Below are positions 49,501-59,989 of a stretch of DNA of 64,000 nt, in pieces. The stretch spans positions 1-64,000 of the forward strand of contig JAUCBJ010008796.1 of assembly GCA_032718475.1 (NCBI GenBank). Reading direction: 5' to 3'. Every line of letters begins with the position of its first letter. Within the stretch, counting starts at the first letter, position 1. Position numbers and translations under genes: made by a program. This DNA is from Nemertoderma westbladi. Lineage: Eukaryota > Animalia > Xenacoelomorpha. The notes under the pieces were generated by a model, which was given only the letters and a program-made list of their open reading frames with translations, searched no databases and had not been told where the DNA came from.

Positions 49501-50821
49501 CCCGTTTCGCAACGTGGATAGCCAATTCAAAGACCGCGCTTTGACCAAGCTCAGCTTAAGAGACTCGGCTGCGGAGAAGTTAGATAGCGCTGGATTTGCT
49601 ATTTTCAAAGACGTTTGTATAATAAACCTGCACTCCTCGGTTATCCAAAGACCTCGGATCCCCACAGGTTATTCTGTCGTGGAAATTCAGACGGTAGGTC
49701 CACTTGAGGAGACGGCCATGCCTACCTCAACTATACAAGGGGAAGACGAACCCATATGTTTAGAATCTGAAGAGATTCAGCCCCCCACGTCTCGGAGTAG
49801 CGATAGCGACTACATATTGGAATGGTATCAAGGTCCACAGTGTCTTACTGCGTATGATTATCGCCATGCCAATTATGTTTCTCGACAACGTTGTCGGCTG
49901 TGCGCATCGAGAGACCATATTACGTCTATGGACACCAACGATCTCTGTTCCTATTTCCACGAGCAACCGTCGATGGAAATCTATTGTGCATATTGTCGGC
50001 TTAATAATTTGCATATTTTTGCTGTCTGCCCCCAATTTATGACTCAATGCCATCATTGTCAATTAAAAGGACACGCCAGCTTTGATTGTCCATTTAATCA
50101 TGATTTAGAGAGCGTAGATGAAATGATTGTACTACGTTATATCAGAGCTTGGGAAGCGAACGCTGATTTACATTGTGATTCACGCCATCGCTATTACCCT
50201 GGACGCGCTTACGAAGGAGTTTATGCGTTCCATCCTTATTTGTTTGCCTCCGTCGAGCAGAAATCACGCCTATCAAGTTATGAACTACTGAAGCGCGTTG
50301 GAGAATGTATTTCAACCAAATATGTACGCAAATTTCTCAGGAGCATTAATCCGAGTGACATCAATTCTTACAACTTAATAAACTTTATCCGTCAAGATCC
50401 GGACTATGGAGACTTATTTGTCAACTCATACCCCGAGTTACAGGAAGTGTATCGACGGCCTTACGAGTATCGAGCCCGCGAACGCGAGTTGGAAAGAACC
50501 ATTAAACCAAGGAAGTTTCTAACTACCTATGGTCCACCCACGGCCCTCGTTCAGACCACTCGTAAAGGACCCGTAAGAGCGGCTGTCTTGAAACGAGCTC
50601 TCAAAGCCGTTAGACCCCTCTCCCCGGACGTTGATGTCAATCGACCCGGTACTTCGACCGGCGGATATACCGATCGTAATCCCATACCTTCTGATGCAAT
50701 CATATTGCACCCTTCACCCAGGAGTTATAGCCCTCCTTGTAAAGTGGCTCGCCCCAAAGAGAAAAGGACTCTTGCTAGCTTTAAAAAACTGCGTAAACGC
50801 CGTCCGCGCAAGAAAGACTAA
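46568..50821 (+). CDS. Accessory ORF2 of C (1417 aa): N-terminal Cys/His domain, coiled coil, DEDDy-type 3'-5' exonuclease, Zn-knuckle cluster, basic tail
   Basis: Intact ATG-TAA ORF inside the LTRs; VVTYDNEG, LPQPVLEMLFNERIIKIGSAVYGDL, FVDTQLIA, SIGHLAFQEYG, PLRPSLAIYTIFE; CRLCASRDH, CAYCRLNNLHIFAVC, CHHCQLKGHASFDC; KKLRKRRPRKK. Confidence 0.8.
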   Translation: MTELIEDDLGIRERYTLPLQAFVDSLIRGEADPTITEDDGRYIEPPMSQEQLTRELDYRKFTARYTNRNGTYMDFLTTGHPTDLNDTEDVDTEREMVLFKYHAQRNRNDKPRIEHENSIRNLLDRENVEEPDKRLNFNDYLEFLRETYLNIASQQNLETRYPQGIHHDPIVELKRLYFTMMYLTADRPLPVVPDSFEQMEEYCKTGERSPAFPLQDVRLWYYCDSCPRPNQQTERHKHPRRRCAKHSFTRYTYGSFERNLFDVSPTIARLKRSLNKPMIRVPEYSVRPPHFPVRPQTLDPNSITDPPELYSLFKDLVLPEQLIGGVPAVGSLDIRPSYLTGLGRGHLTSPFNPYNRPGLTPIQPATEIEESVIRNALDAIRQKIGKGTQDFLEKRKLQQQVQSVKELALPQFDREIQNLEEDIELGHTYSLQEFLEERLQKQAEENQLEEKHTEMDEREEAALAQPEAQILITDLYSKTVRHPSMVPHFGDKLFAKIQPQPVDIGIRSQNLIADAPMLQRPPIEAARVDGILVEPPDNRADLVRRMVHDVNIRARPLQNSFYGIKDHPYYVNLTQYYMVKPEDPTHNLKFLPLINPLDIVELEQLQKHLDQLVKVNSFRKPYNVSRIEKDTEPPYNLDGFIKTRLVHWNLDVIFEEEKIQRYGNVETYTTRYMKYSDLPDANQCATLWHPVGMTLENATKEWNETLNIIEMYGVVTYDNEGSIPIGELGTTRMIHIRGLAGSTHVFTRACSDVVDYSFETLTETQKNLRHGQFELAQRYVIDTERKPAMGIDGSMLPQPVLEMLFNERIIKIGSAVYGDLQNDFRNMENIPYPFVDTQLIAPWAEGRGFFRTMYANASSNVTKVQRTSIGHLAFQEYGCNFKVGNPINYQQVYGDHYSRLYFDGPLTAPGAVYSFMSVPLRPSLAIYTIFENTALSGWLADVCSRTIRAHPLILGTKLAKLDEHNKFIRFECFRRFLTPFRNVDSQFKDRALTKLSLRDSAAEKLDSAGFAIFKDVCIINLHSSVIQRPRIPTGYSVVEIQTVGPLEETAMPTSTIQGEDEPICLESEEIQPPTSRSSDSDYILEWYQGPQCLTAYDYRHANYVSRQRCRLCASRDHITSMDTNDLCSYFHEQPSMEIYCAYCRLNNLHIFAVCPQFMTQCHHCQLKGHASFDCPFNHDLESVDEMIVLRYIRAWEANADLHCDSRHRYYPGRAYEGVYAFHPYLFASVEQKSRLSSYELLKRVGECISTKYVRKFLRSINPSDINSYNLINFIRQDPDYGDLFVNSYPELQEVYRRPYEYRARERELERTIKPRKFLTTYGPPTALVQTTRKGPVRAAVLKRALKAVRPLSPDVDVNRPGTSTGGYTDRNPIPSDAIILHPSPRSYSPPCKVARPKEKRTLASFKKLRKRRPRKKD

Positions 50822-50899
50822 CTGTTTAGAGTATTTTTATATTTTAGAAACTGTGATTTTGTATATTTTATAGACTTAAATCCCATTTTCTGGGAGCGG

Positions 50900-52110
50900 T
50901 GTAAAAGCTTTTGTGGGATAACTGATTCGTTTGCCTTGCTGGCCAGTTCCCCCCCGGTCGCTAGAATACTCTAAAAGGGATCTATAGGTAAAATAGTGCA
51001 AGCTACCAGCTTATTGGCTGATGTGCTGTACTGAGGTATCTGGGTTCCGTTTAATCGGCCAACCAGCTTAGAGAGGTTGCCTTAGCCCTGCTGTCCGTAT
51101 CGGCCAATAGAATTTGAGTGGGCGTTGATTTCGACCTATCCCAGAGCTACTGAACTGAATTTTCCTATCTCACTGCTCATCCTCTGTGTTGGACGGGAGC
51201 TTCGGGGAATAAGGGTAGTTGGTATCCTCGTATAGGGATTCTAGTCTTATGATTCTTCATATGATTCTGTTGTTGTGTTCCCATTTTTCGCCATAACACC
51301 GGCTTTTGGGAAGAACTCTAGTAAAACTGCTTAAATTATCGAAGGTATAAACTGTTATCCTATCAACCTACCATCCTACCTACTAATCAATCAATCAACC
51401 TGATTCTGTTGCTAATCATATTGTTTGTACTGTTATTTACCGTCAGTTATTAATTGTATCTATTTGTTGATGGAAATATTGCTCTTTGGAGAATACGGAT
51501 AAATCACCCAAATTTCCCAATTTTCTTGATACACTACAGGTTAGAGAGACAGGCTATATATAACAATTGCGATTTATATTAATGTGGTGTGTATTGAATC
51601 TAATGTTATTTAGCAGACCCTACATGAGTCAATTGCTGCTCTCTTTATGTGTGATCAAATTTACTGACGGTCGGCAGAATAGTGTGCATGATTGTAATTG
51701 ATAACAAAGTATTTCCTAAAGAATACGCTTTATACTTTAATCATAAGCAGTATCGTTGCGTTTAGTATAAGTCCTAGTCCTGTTTAAATAGATAGAGCGC
51801 CACGTCCTAAAGGAACTGTTAATATTTCCCGAAAGCCAATAATATCTGTCAGAAATTAATTAATAACGATCAATCGAATAATACAGTAAGTTTACACTGC
51901 AACCTTACACTGCAATAATAAAATTTAAGCAGCCGAATTCAGCCTCCCGGGTGTAGATCCATCGGGTGAATGATCGCGCATGGGCTGTCTTCGGGTAATG
52001 TTTTGTTTAATAGCATAAAATATTGTCGTATGCTAAAGGTGTTTTAATTAACTAGAAGACATATAAATTTTGGCAGGTTGAACTGCTAAAGGTCTTCAAA
52101 AGCGCGAACA
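50900..52110 (+). repeat. 3' LTR of C (1211 bp)
   Basis: Preceded by short purine tract GGGAGCGG (50892-50899), followed by the TSD. Confidence 0.97.
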
Positions 52111-52115
52111 TTCTC

Positions 52116-52580
52116 CTCGACCCTTTTCATATTACCGTGTTTAGTACAGACCCTGATACATTCAGTACAAGATTGTTCTTTGATACAAATTCAGATACTG
52201 CCTCTAAGGTTGAAAACAATATAATATAAATTTACCTATTCTGACTATTGAACCTGGTGGTGCTTCGATTAATTCCTTTTCTATATCATTCACACCCTTC
52301 TTAGTGTATGTTATCACTTTTGTAATAACACATTTGTGGACAATCTTGCAAATGTCATTAAAATCAGGGGTTGGGGATAGTGGGTTAGATCCAATAACAC
52401 GATCTAGTACACGTTTTATTGTACCGCTAATCCCATCGGCTGGACCATTGCCATGTCCAGCTTCCATAAAAACCCACTGCATCTCGATTCTAGTTGTTTT
52501 ACAATATTCTATAAAAAGTTTGAAAATTGAACGGTTCCTATACTGGGCTGATGGGGAATCTGTCACTATAATAATGCTAG
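52116..52580 (-). pseudogene. DNA transposase fragment, probably Sola-like
   Basis: TDSPSAQYRN...WVFMEAGHGNGPADGISGTIKR matches the D..QYKN / HGKG..DG..G..K pattern. Confidence 0.6.
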
Positions 52581-52629
52581 TGATACCAGGGGCCGGTTTT
52601 GGTGGACAAGGGTGGCCTCAGAATTGGGT

Positions 52630-52855
52630 TGATGGTTCAACTCAGGTTCAGATGGATGGACAAGGTGACAGACACTCAGGTTCGGGTTCAGATGGATGGA
52701 CAAGGTGACACTCAAGGTTCAGGTTAAGATGGAAGGACAAGGTGACACTCAGGTTCGGGTTCAGACGGACAGACAAGGTGACACTCAGGTTCGTGTTCAG
52801 ATGGACAGACAAGGTGCGACACTCAGGTTCGTGTTCAGATGGGCAACTGAACCCG
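52630..52855. repeat. ~36-bp tandem repeat
   Basis: TCAGATGGAnnGACAAGGTGACACTCAGGTTCGnGT in about 6 copies. Confidence 0.85.
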
Positions 52856-53330
52856 GTTCTCCACTATATGTAATAATCATTGGATGTAAAGACAATCTCT
52901 CCTTTGAATAGTAGGCGGAATGAATCTCTGCCAGTCTTTGTGTTGAGTAGTTCTCACTCCAGTCCACCCTAAGTCTCGACGCTCGACGCTAACGCTCGAC
53001 TATGCCCTATATTGATTTATACGCCGCATTACGTGATCTTTCAGGTCTGCCAGTTCTTCTAGTTTATTGTTCATAAATGATCATATACAATTATAGTAAT
53101 TATAGTTATAGACCAATAATACATTAAATTAAATTTCGATCTAGATATAAACATAAACCCAATCCTATACAGTAATACAGTAGATACTTTACAATAACAC
53201 AGTCCAATCCAAACGTGTATGTATATACTATACAGTAGTTAATATTGACAAATTACAACCGAAATTGCCATCAAAAATCAAATTAACCCACAAACTCCCG
53301 GCGCGATAGATGACACAGAACCTGATAGAT

Positions 53331-53926
53331 GGGTATAACTTTTCGCCGTATCCGTATCCGTATGCATTTGCCGTATCCGTATGTACATACGCGTATGTGC
53401 CGTATGTAATGGATTCCTATGGAGAATAATCCGTATGTGATTTTAGAGATTAGGCATTGCGGACCAGTAAGAAGTGCACAACACACATGCAGACTGAAGA
53501 CAGGTAGGCCTACTTAAAGCTAAGTGATTTAAAGAGTGTGGCTGCCGCTACCTTATGTCAGCGAGTGCAACTGGGTGCCAGTAATTAATCTAAGTCCAAC
53601 CGGGCGGCCAGGTGTCAGTTTGTACAATAAAACAAGCGCTGTGGCGCATCCCGGGACTGAAGGACATCATCTGTCACTCATCCTGGACCTACAATGTTTA
53701 GTTGACGTAAGGTAGCCACACTCTTTAAATCACTTAGCTTTAAGTAGGCCTACCTGTCTTCAGTCTGCATGTGTGTTGTGCACTTCTTACTGGTCCGCAA
53801 TGCCTAATCTTTAAAATCACATACGGATTATTCTCCATAGGAATCCATTACATACGCACATATCCGTATGTGCATACGGATACGGCAAATGCATACGGAT
53901 ACGGATATGGCGAAAAGTTATACCCT
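53331..53926. mobile_element. MITE/foldback element with ~225-bp inverted repeats and 8-bp TSD (hAT-like)
   Basis: 53331-53560 is the reverse complement of 53701-53925; TGATAGAT at 53323-53330 and 53927-53934. Confidence 0.9.
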
Positions 53927-54859
53927 TGATAGATGACACCGAACTCCAGAATATCATTAAATTAATAGCTTAATATACATAATAAACCGTATTATACACA
54001 AATAGTAATAGTACACTGTTATTTACTATTACACCTTTCCGAACTCCTTCATACAATCATGCACAAACCCTCCAACATTGAAATTTAAGTAATCACTACC
54101 ATAAAAAAAGTTTGTATATCAACACTGTTTTTGGATCATAACCTAGGAATAGCACGTGGTGTTCATCCTGAACTCCGCCTATTGCACAGTTGCAAACTCG
54201 ACTTTCTCTTGCTAGTGGGACCATCTTCCTGTCCCTACACGTAACCAGTGTGATGAGAGACGGAATCTGGTGCATGCCAACCGGTGTTTATTAATTATAT
54301 TTGCACACCTATTAATAGACAAACTTGGGTTGATCTTTCTGTATTTTCGTATTATCGTTTTGTCTTATTGGATGAGTTTACAATGTGTTTTATCAGCGAA
54401 AAATAGTTTTCTCTATTATGCGCACAATCTAAGCACGAATATAACTCTGTAGATAAAGAAAAACCTTCAATAACACTGTAAAACGACGCGAAGTGGGCAA
54501 TCATCAGGCAACATAGAAACTTTTTTCAGAAATGATTCTCATCTATCCAAAATTAATGCTTTTAAGTGCAGAAATCCACTTCCAATGTAAATTAATTCAT
54601 TGGGGGTAGACTTCCTAACGCCCAACAATGTTTTTAGAATCTGTTGGTATTGGTCTTCAACAGATTTTAAATTGCCCACCCAGGACTCGCACCCATATAA
54701 TATAGATGAGAAAAGAGCTGTTCTGCGACTCTCTTCTTAATTAATCATGGCACATCAACATTTTTATTTATAAAGGCAGTGAATTACAAAATATGTTTGT
54801 ATTTTGCCTTTAAATGTAAGTCAAGGGCAGACTTAAACTCCCCATCCTGAGTAAAAAAA

Positions 54860-56340
54860 GCCGGTAATATACGTATTCCCCTGTAATTGTTGCACATAGC
54901 CCTACTACCCCTCTTAAAAATATTAATTAAACGAGACTTAGACCATTCAGAAGGATAAACAGCACTCGAGAATACAAGAATAAATAATGCTGTGATATAT
55001 ATTAACCACTGGATAGGTAGAAAACGTAGAAACCCTGGTGCGTATCCATCCGGCCCACTACCCGTACCACTCTGGTGCGTATCCGTCCGGCCCACTACCT
55101 GTACCACTACCCAGCCCACTACCCGGCCCACTCTGGTGCGTATCCGTCCGGCCCACTACCCGTACCACTCTGGTGCGTATCCGTCCGGCCCACTACCCGT
55201 ACCACTCTGGTGCGTATCCGTCCGGCCCACTACCCGTACCACTACCCAGCCCACTACCCGGCCCACTCTGGTGTGTATCCGTCCGGCCCACTACCCGTAC
55301 CACTCTGGTGCGTATCCGTCCGGCCCACTACCCGTACCACTACCCGGCCCACTACCGGCCCACTCTGGTGCGTATCCGTCCGGCCCACTACCCGTACCGC
55401 TCTGGTGCGTATCCATCCGGCCCACTACCCATACCGCTCTGGTGCGTATCCATCCGGCCCACTACCCGTACCACTCTGGTGCGTATCCATCCGGCCCACT
55501 TCCCGTACCACTCTTAATTTTCCCTACTGCCTCAGTTAGCTCGCCGACTGTAATATAATCGTCAAGGCATGGAATATATGGCAAGGGTGACGCATCTCGG
55601 TCGAGATGGATATGGTCTATGTCTGGTTGAGTGACGTTCAAGACTTTCTCATAGTGTAATTTAAACTCCTCATCACTCAGTTGAATCTCAGACGCAGTTG
55701 TACCATCCTGGAGACTGCCCCTCCAGTTGATAGCACTCCAGCAGCGTTATCCTTCTATAGCAACTGAGTCCACCTGTTATGTGAGTCTCGCGAACCTCCA
55801 GCCATCGAGCTGACTTGAGCAGATTCAGCAAAATTATACTTGACTTAGAAGCAGATTTATACAGAGAGTTAGTAATAGACTCAATGGTTGCATCAACACT
55901 GGCTTCCTGTGGCACAGATATTGCAGTCGACTCCTATACACTTGATTGGTTTATTACCCATAACCAGAGTGTGCATGCGCAAGCTACAGGCAAACTCATG
56001 ATGACTACCCAACTCTACACCATGCCCATATATATATATTCGCCAACCATTGTATCTGCTAAGAGTGTTGCTACCAGGCGGGGATGGTTGGATGGGATTC
56101 TCCGGTCAGTTATCACTTTGACAGCCTGTGAAAAATCCAAGCACTCTGGTGAAGTAATACACAGATCGATTTCTGATATCCATACTTCACGCTGTCTAAA
56201 AGTAAGACCGGTACTGAGACAACCCATTTCTATAACTAAATGATTAGCTACTACTAATCCTGTTTATTTTATTATCCCGCATAATTTGTGTTAATTATGA
56301 TGTTAATGATGTTAATCCAAGTGATAGTTTCATTTTTTAT
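54860..56340 (-). mobile_element. Degenerate APE-type LINE fragment interrupted by a minisatellite
   Basis: GLTFRQREVWISEIDL...IPSNHPRL (endonuclease end); YPSEWSKSRLINIFKRGSRAMCNNYRGI (RT start). Confidence 0.7.
55034..55513. repeat. 37-bp minisatellite with internal sub-repeats
   Basis: CTCTGGTGCGTATCCGTCCGGCCCACTACCCGTACCA repeated. Confidence 0.95.
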
Positions 56341-57023
56341 TTAAATCTGATTGTGCTTATACATTCTCCATATCTAAGTAAATATCCAAAAAGTTAAAGA
56401 TTCATATCTCATTGAATCGTATCGTAGGTATCCATAACATTGTTATTATTATGATAAAAACCTTTTATATTTACTTTTCCGTATCCAGTCAAGATTTTAC
56501 ACCTTTTCAATTTATTTATCCGCATCCAGTCAAGATTTTAGATTAGTTTTTAGACATTAGCCAAAGTAATTCTACATAAACTGTTCTCAGTATCTCAGTC
56601 AGTTTGTCATTATATTTATTTCCGGATAGGGAATCGTGAAATCAAAGTAATCGGTCAAACTTGTTGTCTAAATCAATTTATAGCGGACGTGAGCAAACCA
56701 AGCGGGAAATTATTGAATAGAACAATTTTGGAATGGCGTTTTTCTCTGTTAAGAGGTGTACTCCCATGGCTCCTTAAAAGTCTCATAAAGTACAAGTCTC
56801 ATAAATTTACCAAGATTTATAACCTGAAATATACTATACTCACTGATACAAAACCCATTAGCTGACCTCATCTGTCCTTACCGAGCAACTAAAATAATAA
56901 ACGTAATTATTTACTATTTTACTTCTATAAACCAGTACGATACATCCCTGCCGTATCCTTTGTATGTTGTATTAATTCTCTATATTAATTGATAATTCCT
57001 TCTATAATTGTTTCATCCGATAG

Positions 57024-57202
57024 ATATGAGCAATCTACCAGCTTTAACTATACAAACTAATAAAGCATCACTGCATTGGGGCACATCTTTTATCTTGGAT
57101 TGCACATTTGCATTTAAGCCTCTGAAGGACTCCCCTATAACAATGAAATGGTACAGAAATGGTACGGAAATGTTTATTCACACAGATCCTCGTTACTTTC
57201 AG
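57024..57202 (+). CDS. Host gene exon: Ig domain, N-terminal half
   Basis: tag|AT...CAG|gtaaaa; GTSFILDCTF...ITMKWYRNG. Confidence 0.88.
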
Positions 57203-57682
57203 GTAAAATTATATTGTATGAAATGTATATTTTATGGTGAATTTTAATTTATAGTAAAGTAAAGTTAAGTGAACGTGTGAAAAACGAAACAATGGAGGCA
57301 ATCCGAAGGTTCCTCTCTCTTGGCTGTTACCTATAAGGTATGGAGCCACACTAACTCCCAAGAGTGAACACACCATAACTATACAACCCTTTCTTTACTT
57401 CCCCAGCAGAATCTAGCTCCCCATTATTGTACAGCTGTATTTGCGTAATCACTAATGTCTAAAGTGTCTTGCATTTAACTGCAACATATCAAAATCCCCT
57501 TGTCACAAATACCCAGTTTTACAGGTCTGCATCTAACATAAAATAAGTTAACTAATTATCAACTGAGTTTAAACAGGTCACTACAATATATCATGAAAAA
57601 AGTACATAAAATCGCATTGCATAAACTTATGAATTTTTCCTACTATTTGTTTATAACATACCGACTTATTCTCATCCAATAG

Positions 57683-57818
57683 GTTATTGGTACCGCTGGA
57701 CATTCTTTGACGATTACTGACGTTGTTTACTCAGATATTGGTGTCTATAAATGCGCTATCCGAGGTTACGATGGATCTACCAAGTTCAGCCTTGAAGTTT
57801 CCATAGGCGTTTTAGAAC
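57683..57818 (+). CDS. Host gene exon: Ig domain, C-terminal half (not in the ORF track)
   Basis: tag|GTT...GAA C|gtaagg; HSLTITDVVYSDIGVYKCAI contains the DxGxYxC motif. Confidence 0.92.
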
Positions 57819-58639
57819 GTAAGGACAAATATTATTATCAAAAAAAATTATTTGTTCGCAAAATATGGTAGTTTAATCCACCCACTTTGGAAAAATTGTT
57901 AATGATACAAAAGTAGATAATTAAGCGCCGATATTTATGTTTAGATTTAATTAACTTGGTATTTAGTAAGTATTTATGAATTTATTTGAAATGATAATTT
58001 TTTTAATTAAACACCGCATTAATGAAAAACAAATTATGGTTACGAGTTTAAATGTACATTTGGTAGTATGGATCTAGTATGAACTTGAAGGTCAGATCTG
58101 CACAACACTAAAGAACATAGAGCTAAGCTACTAGCTACATTATCTTTGTCCACCTCTCAAACTCACAAAGTTGTTCAGTTACTATTGCCAAATTTTTCAT
58201 GTAAATCCAAAACACAATACAGCAAACCTTGAATATAAACTACAATTTAATATAATGTTAACTGTTAAATTATGTGAAAGAAAAACAAATACAGTATTTT
58301 GCTAAGCTTCATAACCATAACTAGAGCATAATTATTCGAAGCAGAGAGGTGCTCAAAAAATATGATATAGCATCATATTTCCATAAAATTATTTCCGTAA
58401 AGTAAACCAGTATATATACTTCCTAAAAAAGAGACATGTTGGGCACAAGAAGTTGATCTAATTCTTCCAATTCTTTGTATGTTTCCCACAAATCCATCCC
58501 ATGATTAAATTAAGAGTAATCCCTATCTCCACCAGTGTAGGAGGTTTCTTCGATATTAACATGGTCGATTCTGGTCAATTCCAACTGAATTTAAGATACG
58601 TTCACACATCATGAACGTTCACATTCATGAACGCAGATT

Positions 58640-58875
58640 AAGATTCAGTGGGCACTGCTGGTGAAGTAAAGACGAGGTCATACCAGATCTACTTTTCTGG
58701 CAACCAACTCATGGAAAGCGTAGTCGTGGACGACCGGCCATAACATATATAGATCAACTTGAAAGGGATACTGAACTTGGGAGAAACGAAATTGCGACAA
58801 CTATGGAGAATCGGGAAGCCTGGAAGGATCTCATTTCCACTGTCCGAGTTCGCTCGACCTAGTAGTAGTAGTAGT
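58640..58875 (+). mobile_element. 3' end of an RTE-group LINE
   Basis: GHCW...DLLFWQPTHGKRSRGRPAITYIDQLERDT; (TAG)n tail at 58860-58874. Confidence 0.8.
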
Positions 58876-59104
58876 TCACAATAATATCATATCAACATCA
58901 ATATCATGTCATGATAGAAAACTTAATCCAAATATGGATATATTGGATGCAACTTTATTGGCGTAATAAATGTGTGAATCAATAATAATACATCAGTGAA
59001 TAAATCAGTATAAATAAACAAGACAGCTTTATCTATTTTAGATCGAATTCAGATATGAATTTTGAAGCAAAAATATGAAATAATTATGGTTTATTTTTTA
59101 CCAG

Positions 59105-59277
59105 CGATCGTTCTACCCGATATATGGATGGACCGTGTTAGTTCCATAATCTACGAATCAATGCAACTGACTTGCCACTTTTCTGAAACACCTAAGAATA
59201 ATGGCGATATTGTTACTCTGAAATGGATACAAAATGATGTTGAGATTTCTGTGTCAAATGCTAATCATTACGAACAG
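59105..59277 (+). CDS. Host gene exon: second Ig domain, N-terminal half
   Basis: ccag|CG...CAG|gtttga; ESMQLTCHF...VTLKWIQND; phase compatible with the previous exon. Confidence 0.85.
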
Positions 59278-59754
59278 GTTTGAAAACCATAACAACAATA
59301 AATGATATGGTACTGTTCTTGTGCGAGATATACGAGCAAAAATTGTAGCAATACAGAATTAAACTAATTATTTTATTTATTTTAAATTTTTTTCTCTATT
59401 TAGACTTATGTGGATATTAGTAGTATAATATGTAAAGTATAATATACTACTAGGATCGGCATGCTACATTGCAGCTGTATTTTTAAGAATGCTGTGCCGG
59501 TATATTAAGTATAATATAGTAAGTAATTATAATATAATATTTTATAATAAAATTATATTTTGAAAATCTAATCTTAGGTTGATCGAAATATATTTTTGAC
59601 AGACCAATATCAAGCAAGTAAAATTAATTGGAAACAGAGAAACAACATGTTGCTATCTGTTCAACTGTAAGTAGTCATCATTTTGTTTAAGCAGGGACAC
59701 GAAGTGCAACCCTGTTTAAATACTGTAAGTAAAATTATCACATTGGTTACATTT

Positions 59755-59796
59755 TTGCATACGTGTTTCGCCGGGATTTGGCTCATCAGCTACACT
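59755..59796 (-). ncRNA. Minimal type I hammerhead ribozyme core (Penelope-type)
   Basis: Minus strand CTGATGA-GCC-aaatccc-GGC-GAAAC-AC-GTA; stem I weak. Confidence 0.5.
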
Positions 59797-59914
59797 AACC
59801 CGTGCATGCCACATGTTAATCCAACTAACTACACCTAAATCCAGCTAAATACACACACATACATATAAACAAAATAGCATAACATATTTGTTGGCCATAG
59901 CTTTTTCAAATTCG

Positions 59915-59985
59915 GCAATGATGTCCAGGTGGGATCAAACTGGTGACCTCCGAGTTGGAAGTCTGACGCTCTAACCATTCAGCTA
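59915..59985 (-). mobile_element. tRNA-derived SINE-like head
   Basis: Minus strand TAGCTGAATGGTTAGAGCGTCAGACTTCCAACTCGGAGGTCACCAGTTTGATCCC; A and B boxes, poor acceptor stem. Confidence 0.55.
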
Positions 59986-59989
59986 GTTT

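Larger units (their letters stand above)
32073..52110 (+). mobile_element. Giant (20,038 bp) young BEL/Pao LTR retrotransposon C with an accessory second ORF
   Basis: LTRs 32073-33282 and 50900-52110 (TG...CA), only a 1-nt indel noticed; TSD TTCTC at 32068-32072 and 52111-52115; PR-RT-RH-IN order with Pao-type motifs. Confidence 0.97.

Noticed and set aside
46568-50821. ORF2 as an env glycoprotein
   Set aside because: No signal peptide or transmembrane segment; has nuclease and zinc motifs and a basic tail
54992-55558. Three overlapping Pro/Tyr-rich ORFs
   Set aside because: Products of the 37-bp minisatellite
59915-59985. Functional tRNA gene (also 30705-30785)
   Set aside because: Acceptor and T stems do not pair properly; better read as SINE heads
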